Below, piece by piece: positions 50,204 through 60,925 of a stretch of 64,000 nt of DNA (positions are counted from its first letter, which is position 1; the number at the start of each line of letters is the position of its first letter). A program made the position numbers and the translations under genes. Source of the DNA: Thecamonas trahens ATCC 50062 (Eukaryota > Protista > Apusomonadida); assembly GCF_000142905.1 (NCBI RefSeq), contig NW_013657667.1, positions 130,801 through 194,800 on the forward strand, written 5' to 3'. Below the pieces are notes generated by a model. It had not been told where the DNA came from. It saw only the letters and a program-made list of their open reading frames with translations, and made no database searches.

Positions 50204-51754
50204 ATGCTCAACACTGTGACAGCTGCCCTTCGGACCAAGCTACCCATGGCTGCCCTCGCGCCGCCGGCAGCAGCTGCGCTGTTCTCGTCGGCGGCGTCGT
50301 CGGCGTCGGCCGGCCCGACGTCGTACGAGAACCCGCTGGTGGGCCGGTACTCGTCCGAGGAGATGAACTACAACTGGTCGCCGGCGAAAAAGTTCACTAC
50401 CTGGCGCAAGCTGTGGGCGGCGCTGGCACGTGCGCAGCACGAGCTTGGGCTCGATGTGACGGCCGAGCAGGTGGCCGAGCTCGAGGCCCACATCGAAGAC
50501 ATCGACTACGAGGCGGCCAAGGCCAAGGAGAAGGAGATCAAGCACGACGTCATGGCGCACATCTACGCGTACGGCCTCGCCGCACCGACGGCTGCGCCCA
50601 TCATCCACCTCGGGGCCACCTCGTGCTTTGTCGGCGACAACACCGACCTCATCCAGATGCGCGACGGCATGCGCCTGCTGCAGGCCCAGCTCCTTGACCT
50701 CATCTCGGTCGTCCGCGACAACGCGCTCAAGTACGCCCACATCCCCACTCTCGGCTTTACCCACTACCAGCCGGCGCAGATGACGACCGTCGGCAAGCGC
50801 ATGGCGCTCTGGCTGCAGGACTTTGTCATGGACTACCACGAGCTCGCCTACCTCGCTCACACCCTCCCGTTCCGCGGGGTCAAGGGTACGACGGGCACCC
50901 AGGCGTCGTTCCTGGAGCTCTTTGGCGGTGACTCGGCCAAGGTTCGCGAGCTTGACCGCCGCGTCACCCAGCTCGCCGGTTTCCCGCGCTCCATTGGCGT
51001 CTCGGGCCAGACCTACACCCGCAAGCTCGACTTTATGGTCCTCTCGCGCCTCTCAGCCATTGCCCAGTCGGCCCACAAGATGGCTGTCGACATCCGCCTT
51101 CTCTCCAACCTCAAGGAGATGGAGGAGCCGTGGGGCAAGAAGCAGGTCGGCTCGTCGGCCATGCCGTACAAGCAGAACCCGATGCGCTCCGAGCGCATCT
51201 GCTCGCTCGCCCGCCACGTCATGGTCAACATCGACAACACTGCCCATACCGCCGCCAACCAGTGGCTCGAGCGCACGCTCGACGACTCGGCGAACCGCCG
51301 CCTCGTCCTCCCCGAGGCCTTCCTCGCCGTCGACGTTATCCTCTCCGTCTCGCGCAACGTCATGGACGGCATCCAGGTCCACCCCAAGGTCATCGAGAAG
51401 CGCATCGCCGCCGAGCTGCCATTTATGGCCTCGGAGAACATTCTCATGGCCGGCGTCAAGGCCGGCGGCTCACGCCAGGAGCTCCACGAGGTCATCCGCG
51501 AGCTTGCCCTCGAGGCCGCCGAGCAGGTCAAGGTCCACGGCAAGGACAACGATCTCATGGACCGCATTGCCGCTCACCCGGCCTTCTCCGCCCTCTCCGG
51601 CGAGCAGCTCGATGCCGTCCTCGACCCGGCCCAGTACGTCGGCCGCGCCCCAAACCAGGTCGCCGAGTACATTGCCGAGGAGGTCGATCCGCTCCTCGAG
51701 TCGCAGTCGCACGTGCTTGAGAAGCTCTCCACTGACCGCGGCATGGGCGTGTAG
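50204..51754 (+). CDS. ADSL: Adenylosuccinate lyase with N-terminal extension
   Basis: YENPLVGRY, HDVMAH, IIHLGATSCFVGDN, GFTHYQPAQ, RGVKGTTGTQASF, SSAMPYKQNPMRSER and ERTLDDSA. Confidence 0.96.
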   Translation: MLNTVTAALRTKLPMAALAPPAAAALFSSAASSASAGPTSYENPLVGRYSSEEMNYNWSPAKKFTTWRKLWAALARAQHELGLDVTAEQVAELEAHIEDIDYEAAKAKEKEIKHDVMAHIYAYGLAAPTAAPIIHLGATSCFVGDNTDLIQMRDGMRLLQAQLLDLISVVRDNALKYAHIPTLGFTHYQPAQMTTVGKRMALWLQDFVMDYHELAYLAHTLPFRGVKGTTGTQASFLELFGGDSAKVRELDRRVTQLAGFPRSIGVSGQTYTRKLDFMVLSRLSAIAQSAHKMAVDIRLLSNLKEMEEPWGKKQVGSSAMPYKQNPMRSERICSLARHVMVNIDNTAHTAANQWLERTLDDSANRRLVLPEAFLAVDVILSVSRNVMDGIQVHPKVIEKRIAAELPFMASENILMAGVKAGGSRQELHEVIRELALEAAEQVKVHGKDNDLMDRIAAHPAFSALSGEQLDAVLDPAQYVGRAPNQVAEYIAEEVDPLLESQSHVLEKLSTDRGMGV

Positions 51755-51765
51755 GAGTAAATTTA

Positions 51766-54582
51766 CTACCACAGTCCAAACCAGCCCGTCTTTTTGGGCG
51801 CTTCCTCGGCCTGCCCACCCGAGGAGCTCGCTGCAGCCGCCGCTGGCGCAGACGTCGCCGCCGTACTCTGACCGGTCTTGGACGACAAGTCCGGGAACGA
51901 GAGGTACGTTGACGCGAGGTCAAAGAAGAGCGGCTGGCATGGGATGGGGGTAAACGCCGGCGGGAACTCGGCAACCACTGCCTCACTCACCGTCTGCGGG
52001 AAGATCTTGGGCGTCTCGAGGATCCCACGCCCGGCTGCGGCCTCCTCCGCCGCCGGCTCCTCCTCTGCCAGCGCCGCGCACGCCACCATGTACGCCCGCA
52101 TCGACCGGATCCGCTGCATCAGCTCCTCCGCCGCAGTCACCACTCCGGCGTCAAGCTCGGGCGCCTGCGTCGTGGCTGCCACCGCAGCCTCCTGCTTGCC
52201 TGCCGCGGCCTCGAGCACCACGCTGGCCTTGCCAAACTCCTTGGCCTCCACCAGCGCCCGCCCGGCCCAGTACGCGCGGTACGCCTCGTACACCGCCTCG
52301 CGCGCCGCGAGCTCGTTAACAATCGAGCCTGCCGTGGCGGCGTCGAACCACCGCGTCGGCACCCCGCGCAGCGACTCGACAGAGTTACCCAGGTTCTGGT
52401 ACATCCGCCCCAGCCGCACAGGGCTCTCCAGCTTGGTCGCCTCACGCTCAGTCACCGCCACGTTCTCCGGCAGACGCGACTCCATTTCGCTCACAATGTA
52501 CTCGTTGCGCTTGATGGCAAGCGAGCCAAGCTCAAACTGAAGGTACGCCTCCAGGAACTGTGCGTCGTCGAGATGCTGCTGGGTCTTCTGCGACGCCTCA
52601 CGCCCCGAGAGCTGTCGTCACACACACATCAATCGTGCCACAACATGGTGAGTCGTTGCCCATTCCGAGTCTCCTCACGCAGCCACCAGCAAGATGGGTG
52701 GCGGCGTAAACCTCATATAATACAACGCGAGTCAACACAAGACGCCTGCAACTGAACGCTTTTGCGTATTGCAGGCTTCTGATAGAGCTAATAGTTCTAA
52801 TCATCGGAATCCGCTAGGGTGCGGATGTGCCGGCCACTCTCTCTCCTCCTCACTCTCTCCTCTCGCTCACATACCTTAGTCACGACGTCCTGCGTCGCCT
52901 GCACCGCCGCGTTGTACTGGACCAGCATGCCATGGAACGCCTCCATGACTGCCTCGTGCTTGTGAGTGCCTGTCACATCATTGAGCGACCAGGTCTGCGC
53001 CACCGCGAGCTGCTGCTCCGCCTGCCGAACCGCTGCAAGCGCCACACGCACGCCGTCGTCGCGGATCGGCACACGTTTGCCGCGCCAGCCAACCTCGCTC
53101 AGCGACTCGGCCTGCTCGCGGCGAGTCTCCTCCAGCAAATCCTGTCCATCGCAAAGAGAGTGGTGAGTTGGGAAGAAAAGGGGGAGGGGGAAGGGGGAAG
53201 GGAGGGGCAGGCGCAAGGTGGGGCGCCAACGAGAGACGAGGTCGAGGTCAGACAGGGTTACACATTAGATATCAGTCAGGAAAAGTACTCAGACCGCCCG
53301 TAACTACATATCATCATTCCGAGCCTCGTCTCTGCGCTAGCGCGCGCCACACAGCCCTTGGAGCTGGAGCGGCAGTTGTCACGTACGTTCAGTTTCGAGT
53401 TGAGAAGACTGTTGGGCTTGGCGTGAAGTTCCATGAGTTCCTCGACCGTGGCCGATGAGCCACCGGACGCGCGACGGATCTGGTACTCGCAGTACTCCGA
53501 GTTGGTGTTGATGTCCTCAACCACCCGGGCGCACTGCTCCATCTGCAGCGACGAGCCAGCCAGGCCCGAAAAGATGGTGCGAGCGTGGACGTAGGCGGCG
53601 AGCGCATCCTCCCAGTTCTCGCGGAGAAACTGGTGCGAGCCCTTGATCCACGACGCATACGCGTCGGCCTCGAGCTGCAGACGCGTGTCGCCCACGGCAG
53701 CGGCCAGGGCAAAAAAGTCCTGGGCGAGCCGGTCAGCCTTGGCCATCCGCCGGAGCATGTGCAGGCGCAGACGCGAGTTGTCGACAAACGTCTCCATGTC
53801 GTACTTGAGCTGCATGCCGTACGCCCACGCACGCTCGGTCTCAAACAGAGCAATGAGCACGTAGCGAGCATCACCGGCACGCTTGTCACCCGAGCGGGTG
53901 AAGAGCGTGACCGACGGCGTCATACGCCGGTACTGCTTGCCAATTCGCTTCGAGACAAGGCCCAGCTTGGACCTCATCCGCCGGATCTTCCGGGTGCAAA
54001 ACTGGCGGTACCGCTGGTAGTTGTTGTGCTTGAGCCCATTGGCAGCCTGCGCCTCCTTGATCGTCGACAACACTGTTGTTCTCAGATAAAGGACCACACC
54101 ATCCACATACGTACAAAAACAATTGTTGGAAATAATTGTGAGTCTTTCCCCGCCCCTCTGCTGGCAAACAGACAGCCATCCCTACGAAACAAGGTCGTAG
54201 GAGCTCTGACGCGCTCACCAACCACCCGGACTAGTGGTATCCCCCGCCCGAGTTTGCTACCACATGCCGCGCGTGTAAACCTTTTCCACATGCCAGTGGT
54301 ATGCCCATGCATGGATGGTGGAAAGGGGACAGGGTGGGCAGAGCTGGTGGGCGGTGGTGGGCGGTGGCGAAAGACAAAGATTTTCACTCGCGTCATGACG
54401 CGACGACCGCGGACGGGGGTGGGCAAGGCGTGCGGGGGAGGGAGAGAAAGTCGAACAAACGTACCGTCGAGCGAGAGGGGGGCAATGGCCTCGGCCTCGG
54501 CCTTAGCTGCGGCGTCTGGAGCCGCAGCAGCGTCGTCGCCGGGTGCCTGGGAGGGCGGCGTCTGCTCCTCCGGCTGGCTCAT
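51766..54582 (-). CDS. SRP68: Signal recognition particle subunit SRP68; exons 54582-54465, 54072-53387, 53141-52875, 52611-51766
   Basis: Three GT-AG introns give a continuous frame: LSLDVLSTIKEAQ..GLKHNNYQRYRQFCTRK, ERAWAYGMQLK, LEADAY, YCEYQI, VGWRG and PIPCQPLFFDLA..WFG. Confidence 0.93.
52709..52809 (-). ncRNA. Intronic box C/D snoRNA (SRP68 intron 3), U44-like guide for the 18S Am166-equivalent; possible second guide for the Um172-equivalent
   Basis: Box C-like ATGATTA (52804-52798), guide TATTAGCTCTA complementary to conserved 18S UAGAGCUAAUA, D' CAGA, internal hairpin gcctgcaa..ttgcaggc, C' GTGTTGA, guide TGTATTA and D-like ATGA (52716-52713). Confidence 0.75.
53243..53322 (-). ncRNA. 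Intronic box C/D snoRNA (SRP68 intron 2), U43/snR70-like guide for the 18S Cm1703/Cm1639-equivalent
   Basis: Box C ATGATGA (53317-53311), guide ACGGGCGGT + D' CTGA, C' TGACTGA and D CTGA (53251-53248). A 10-bp flanking stem agagacgagg/cctcgtctct encloses it. Confidence 0.88.
54134..54302 (-). ncRNA. Candidate structured intronic RNA, H/ACA-like (SRP68 intron 1)
   Basis: Serial hairpins (taccac..gtggta; accac..gtggt; cctacga..tcgtagg) ending in ACAatt, enclosed by a caccatcca/tggatggtg stem. No canonical ANANNA box seen. Confidence 0.45.
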
Positions 54583-54802
54583 TTGTGTTGAGTGTTGGGA
54601 ACAATGGACGAGAATTGTGAAGAGGCGGGGGCTTGCGGCTCGTTCCGACTCAGCCAGGTTGACGGCGGCGCCGAGACACGCCGGACCGATGGTCACCGTT
54701 CGCAGCTCAAGGGAAAGTAACGATGTTTAATACAGCAGATGGCGGAGAAGTGCTTTCCTGCCGGGCTCGCTCACCACAACATGAGTTGCTTACAGGTCGC
54801 TA

Positions 54803-56230
54803 CTACGGCGGCGACATGGCAAAGAGAGTCGGTGAGCGCGGCGAGGAGCCGGCAGAAGCGTCGATGGGCTGGAGGGTGGACCGGCGCGAGAGCGGGATGG
54901 CGCGCGAGGCCTCACCCGAATCGGTCGACGCAGTGGTGTCGGCGGTGCCGCCCGCGAGCGAGCCGTGGTGGCGGTAGGAGAGCGGGCGCTCGCGCTGGTA
55001 GGCCGGAATGTCCGACGCAGCCTCGGGCACGGCTGGAACGAGGCCGAGCGCCGAGGCTGTCGACGGCGAGGTGTACGAGAATGCCGGAAAGACAGCGACG
55101 GCCGAGGCCGGAACAGAGGCTGCCGGCGATGAGGCTATGGGCCGGGCGGCGCGGGCGAGCGAGGGCGAGGCGGCCATGCGCGAGATGGGTGAGTTGTCGG
55201 TGAGCGACGAGGGGAAGCACTCGATGAACTCGTCCTCGTCGTCCGAGTACTCGATGTACGGCTCCCACGGCGGCTCGAGCTCTAGGTCGACGACAGCATC
55301 CCAGTCGAGGCCGGCAAAGAACGGATGAGCCATGACGCCTGGGCCGTCGAGGCGGGCGTGCGGGTTGCGGTCGAGGAGGCAGACCAGCAAGTCCTTGGCC
55401 TCGTCGGAGAGCGCCGGAAAGTCGGGAAAGACGAGGTCCGACGAGGTGATGGCGGCAAGGCGGGCCGAGGCCAGAGCATCCTCGTCAGTGCCGTCGATGG
55501 CCGGCGAGCCAAGGCCGAACGGCTTGCCGCCGGTCAGCATCTCAAAGAGGACGACGCCAAACGACCACCAGTCGGCGGCAAAGCCGTGGCCGCCGGCGTC
55601 CTGGGCCAGGATTTCGGGCGCCATGTATGCGCCAGTCCCGCAGTACGTGTGAGCAGCACTTGCCTCGGGCGCCAGGCGCTTGGCAAAGCCAAAGTCTGTG
55701 AGGCAGACGTGGCCCTCGATGTCGAGCAGGATGTTGCCGCACTTGAGGTCGCGGTGGACAATCGACTGCGAGTGGAGGAAGACGAGGGCGGTGGCGATTT
55801 CGGCGGCGTAGAAGCGGACCTCGTCCTCGCGGAGCATGACTCGCCTGCGAAGGAGGAACGCCATGTCACCGCCATGCATAAACTCCATGATGAGAACAAG
55901 CGACTCGGGAGTCTGGAAGGAGAACACGAGGCGGACGACAAACGGGTGCGAGACCGAGCGAAGGATGTGGCACTCGGACTGGGCGTGGGCATACATGTTG
56001 GTCTCGAGGACAAAGGCCTTGGGAATGACCTTCATGGCGTATGTCGTGTTGAGCCCTACGTGCCTCACAAGGTAGACCTGGCCCACAAGCCCCGTCCCGA
56101 TCTTGTACAGGACCTCAAAGTCGTCGAGCGACGGCGTGCTGGTCCCGCCCTGCCCACTTCCGCTCCTTCCGCCGCCACCGTCCGCCGCTCCCTCTGCCAA
56201 CAGCGACTGCGTCAGTGCAGACTTGCTCAT
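54803..56230 (-). CDS. AGC-family Ser/Thr kinase (S6K/RSK/SGK-like)
   Basis: LDDFEVLYKIGTG, YAMKVI, HPFVVRLVFSFQT, HRDLK, LTDFGFAK, TYCGT..YMAPE, DWWSFG, HPFF..DW, PPWEP and hydrophobic motif FPAFSY. Confidence 0.92.
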   Translation of the reverse strand: MSKSALTQSLLAEGAADGGGGRSGSGQGGTSTPSLDDFEVLYKIGTGLVGQVYLVRHVGLNTTYAMKVIPKAFVLETNMYAHAQSECHILRSVSHPFVVRLVFSFQTPESLVLIMEFMHGGDMAFLLRRRVMLREDEVRFYAAEIATALVFLHSQSIVHRDLKCGNILLDIEGHVCLTDFGFAKRLAPEASAAHTYCGTGAYMAPEILAQDAGGHGFAADWWSFGVVLFEMLTGGKPFGLGSPAIDGTDEDALASARLAAITSSDLVFPDFPALSDEAKDLLVCLLDRNPHARLDGPGVMAHPFFAGLDWDAVVDLELEPPWEPYIEYSDDEDEFIECFPSSLTDNSPISRMAASPSLARAARPIASSPAASVPASAVAVFPAFSYTSPSTASALGLVPAVPEAASDIPAYQRERPLSYRHHGSLAGGTADTTASTDSGEASRAIPLSRRSTLQPIDASAGSSPRSPTLFAMSPP

Positions 56231-56600
56231 GGTGCTTCTCCTCCCACAGTCGCTGACGCGAGTACTCGTTGCCTCCCCGTGCGGGCCGGCGTCGAGTAGG
56301 CCGCCTGCACCCGCCTTCTGCCAAGCACGCCACCGGCCACCGCCACCCGCCGTCCCTTCCCAGCCGGAGTTTGGAGAACACGGCTCTTTCACGCCGTTTC
56401 CGCGAGTCTGACCACAGCAACGTAGTGACGGCCAACGACCAACAACCCACGGCCCCAAGAGCCGCTGCTGATAGCCTACACATCACGATATGTCGTGATG
56501 GCCCCCCATCATGCCCAAGTCTGTGGGCGATCTTGGTGTGCCTTCCCACTTTTGCAACGCTGCTCGGGTCTACTGTACTGTTCTGTAGGCTGCATGCCGG

Positions 56601-59119
56601 CTAGATGTGGGTGTAGAGAGCATGAACTCGAGCCTTGGCCTCCATGAGCATGTCGAGCCATGCCTGCTGGAATCGCGGTGTTCCGTCAATGGTCCGCACC
56701 AACTCGCTCTGGGTCTCGAGCGTGTAGGAGGCGTGCGGAACGATGGCGGGGGAGCCGACGTCCCGAGGCCTGGTCGCCGCACGGAGCGTTCTGGGTTGTG
56801 GAGGACAAAGTGGACCGAGACGGCGGCGAGCGGGACCGGGCGCTGCGGAGTTGGCTTGGAGAACATGGCGGTGACGTAGAGCGCCGGTGAGCTGGGATGC
56901 GAGGCCGAGGCGCGGGCGACTTCGGCGACTCGCTCCGGGCTCTGCATCACCGCCACCGAGTACGCCGGTGCCCAGTCAGCAATAGCGGCACGGACCCACC
57001 TGATGGCTTCGTCCTGCGTAAAGACAGCCATGGCAAGCCGCGAGCCGCGCGGAGTCCGGGCGAGCGCGTCGAGATCGACATGCTCGACCGCGCCGAGCGC
57101 CGGGCGCGACGCGGTCGCCGACTCGCTTCGCGGCAAGCCAGGCGAGCTTGGCGGGCGAGGAGGGAGCGAGGCCGGCGACGCTGTCGGCGACGCCGACTGC
57201 GCCACTTGCTGCCCGCGAAAGGTGAGGACAAAGAGCGAGTGCCCACGCTGTGTCGCGACGTCGACGGCGGTCTCGCCCGACGAGTTCATACGGCCGAGGT
57301 CGGCGCCGGCGTCGAGGAGCATCTGCGCCATTTCGACGTCGCCGACGGCAGCGGCGGCGTGGAGAGGAGTGAACAGTGCGCGGGTCTGCTCAGAGGTGCG
57401 AGCGCCAGCTTCGACAAGGATGTGGGCGGTCTCGAGTGCGCCGTGTAGTGCGGCAAGGTGCAGCGGCGAGTTGTGGTCAGTGTCGAGCGCGTTGACGTTG
57501 GCGCCGGCGTCGATGAGGACGCGCGCCACCGAGAACCAGTTGTGCTTGGCCGCGAGGTGAAGGGCGGTGAGGCCGGTGACCGACGACGCGTTGGGGTCAG
57601 CGCCGACGGTGAGAAGATGGATGGTGACTTCAAGGAAGCCCTTGCGGACGGCGGCAAAGAGAACGCTCTCGCGGCTCTTGGTTGCGCGGACGTCGACGTC
57701 GACGCCGGCCTCGGTAAGCAGCTCCACAGCCGAGATGGCCGCCATCTCCTCCAGCTCCAGCGCGGCCCACAGCGGGCTGCGCCCGTCGGCGTCCAGCTGC
57801 TCGTGCAGGTCGGGCGCGTCGGCGTTGGTGAGCGCGGAGAGGATGTACTTGACTCCTGTGCGCGCTGCTGCCGCGAGGACTGGCTCGCCCCATGGCGCCT
57901 TGAGCGCTGGCGAAGCGGCGTTGTCGAGCAAGAATCGGACTGCGCTCGTCTGCGCACACGCCACCGCCGCATACAACGGCGGGAGCGGCACGCTCGTCGG
58001 CTCGTACGACGCCGGCGCGCCGGACAAGCTTGTGTCCGTTGGAAGGAAGACAGGATGGTTAAAGTCGAGTGCGAGCGCAGCGCCTAGGCCGGCTTCAGCC
58101 TGCGCGCCGGAGCTTTGCCGTGCGAGGCCGCTGCTGCCGCCAGAGCTCGATGAAGAGCTTGACAAGCTGCTGGCGGACAAACTGGCCGATGAGCTGGCTG
58201 AAGAGCTGGCTGACACGCGCTGCGCAACCCCTAGTGTGGCCTCGAGAGACTCGATGAACTTGTTGTACGCCGCCACAAGCTCGCGGAAGGCCGGCAGCGC
58301 AAGCTGGCCGACGCACAGGGCGGCGAGGCCAGTCGCGACGGCGGCGCGCTCGCTCACAATCTTGGCTGCATGGTCGGCTCGGAGCAACTTCTTGACCAGC
58401 TTGGTCTTGGCAACTGTGGCCGGTGTAAGACCTTTGGCGTTGGGCGTGGTGTGGTGCGCGCCAATGGAGAGCAGGTAGGCTGCGGCCGACGCGGCGCCGT
58501 GTGCGGTTGCCATCAGCAACGGTGAGTTCTGCTCTTGAGGCGAGGCCAGCGCTTCGACGTCTGCGCCGTGCTGGACCAAGAGCTTGGCGACTATAAAGGC
58601 GTCGGCCATGGCGGCCAGATGCAGCGGAGTGAGGCCGGCCGGGTCGGCCGACGTCGCCTTGGCACCTGCGTCGAGCAGGGCTTGGGCGGCCTCGGGAAGG
58701 TCGAGATGCGCGGCATAGTGTAGCGGCGTCCACCCACGGGCATCAGGAACGTCGAACATTGCACCGTCCGCCTCGACCAACGAGTGGATGAGGAGGGTGT
58801 GCCCACGGAGTACGGCCTCGTGCATGGGCGTGAGGCCTGTGTCGACGACGGAAGCGCCAAAGCGCATACGCAGGAACGACGCAGCTGCCCGTTCACCCTC
58901 TGTAAGCGCCACCTTGTCTGCTGCCGCTTTGATAGCCCGAAGCACAACCGTGAGCGTTGCCAGCGAGCCAGCCGCCGCCGCCACATGCAGTAGAGTTGTT
59001 CCGCTCGCCGTCGCCGCCGTCACCAACGCCTTCCCGCCGTCACCCCCCAGCGCTGCGTTCACATCGCGAGTCTTCCCGCCTGCCGCCGCCTGCAGCACCT
59101 CTTCCAGTCGGCTGGCCAT
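56601..59119 (-). CDS. Ankyrin-repeat protein with C-terminal AKAP28/AKAP14-like domain; frameshift near 56780
   Basis: About 12 ankyrin repeats in two blocks, then FSKPTPQRPVPLAAVSVHFVL. In the shifted frame: ASYTLETQSELVR..PRFQQAWLDMLMEAKARV..HI* (TAG 56603-56601). Confidence 0.78.
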
Positions 59120-59381
59120 CTCTCGCCCTCTGCTCGTGGCAAAGGCGGTCGACGCGAGTGCAGTGGCAAGAAGCAAAGTGGTAGAGTCGGTACAGAGCGT
59201 GAGCTCGGGGACGGCAGAGTTGCCCAACGCGTGCGGTTGCATCCCTCAAAGCCAACGGTCAAAGCCTTGTCCAATAATCGTAGCCCGACCAAAGACCATC
59301 ATTGTTCATCCTCGATTGTTAGCGAGGTTGAAAAAGTGCGGCATTCGTTGGTCGAATGGGTGTGTGGCGTGGTCCGAGTGA

Positions 59382-60597
<1,216 letters not shown>

Positions 60598-60925
60598 TCG
60601 ATGGCATAAAGACAAGCAACAACAACATGTTATGTGGGGAGCGAGAGTGTGCACTCATTGTGTTGTGTCTTTGCCCGCACTGCAGCCTAACCAGCCAACC
60701 TTGATCCCTAGCACCCGACTCAACCCCCTCCCCCCTGCGTTGCACCCAATCCATCCTGCGACCCATCCTTGCCCTCCATCGCCGCCCCACCGCCGCACCC
60801 CTAGGTATCCCCACCAGCACCACCACTCTACCCAGACCAACCCCAACCCCTAACCCCAACCCGCACCCAACCCCTCTCACCCACACACTCATACACTCGT
60901 CGCCAGTCCATTGTCAACGTACAAT

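Noticed and set aside
60840-60865. Telomere-like CCCTAA
   Set aside because: Single unit within a generic C-rich 5' tract.
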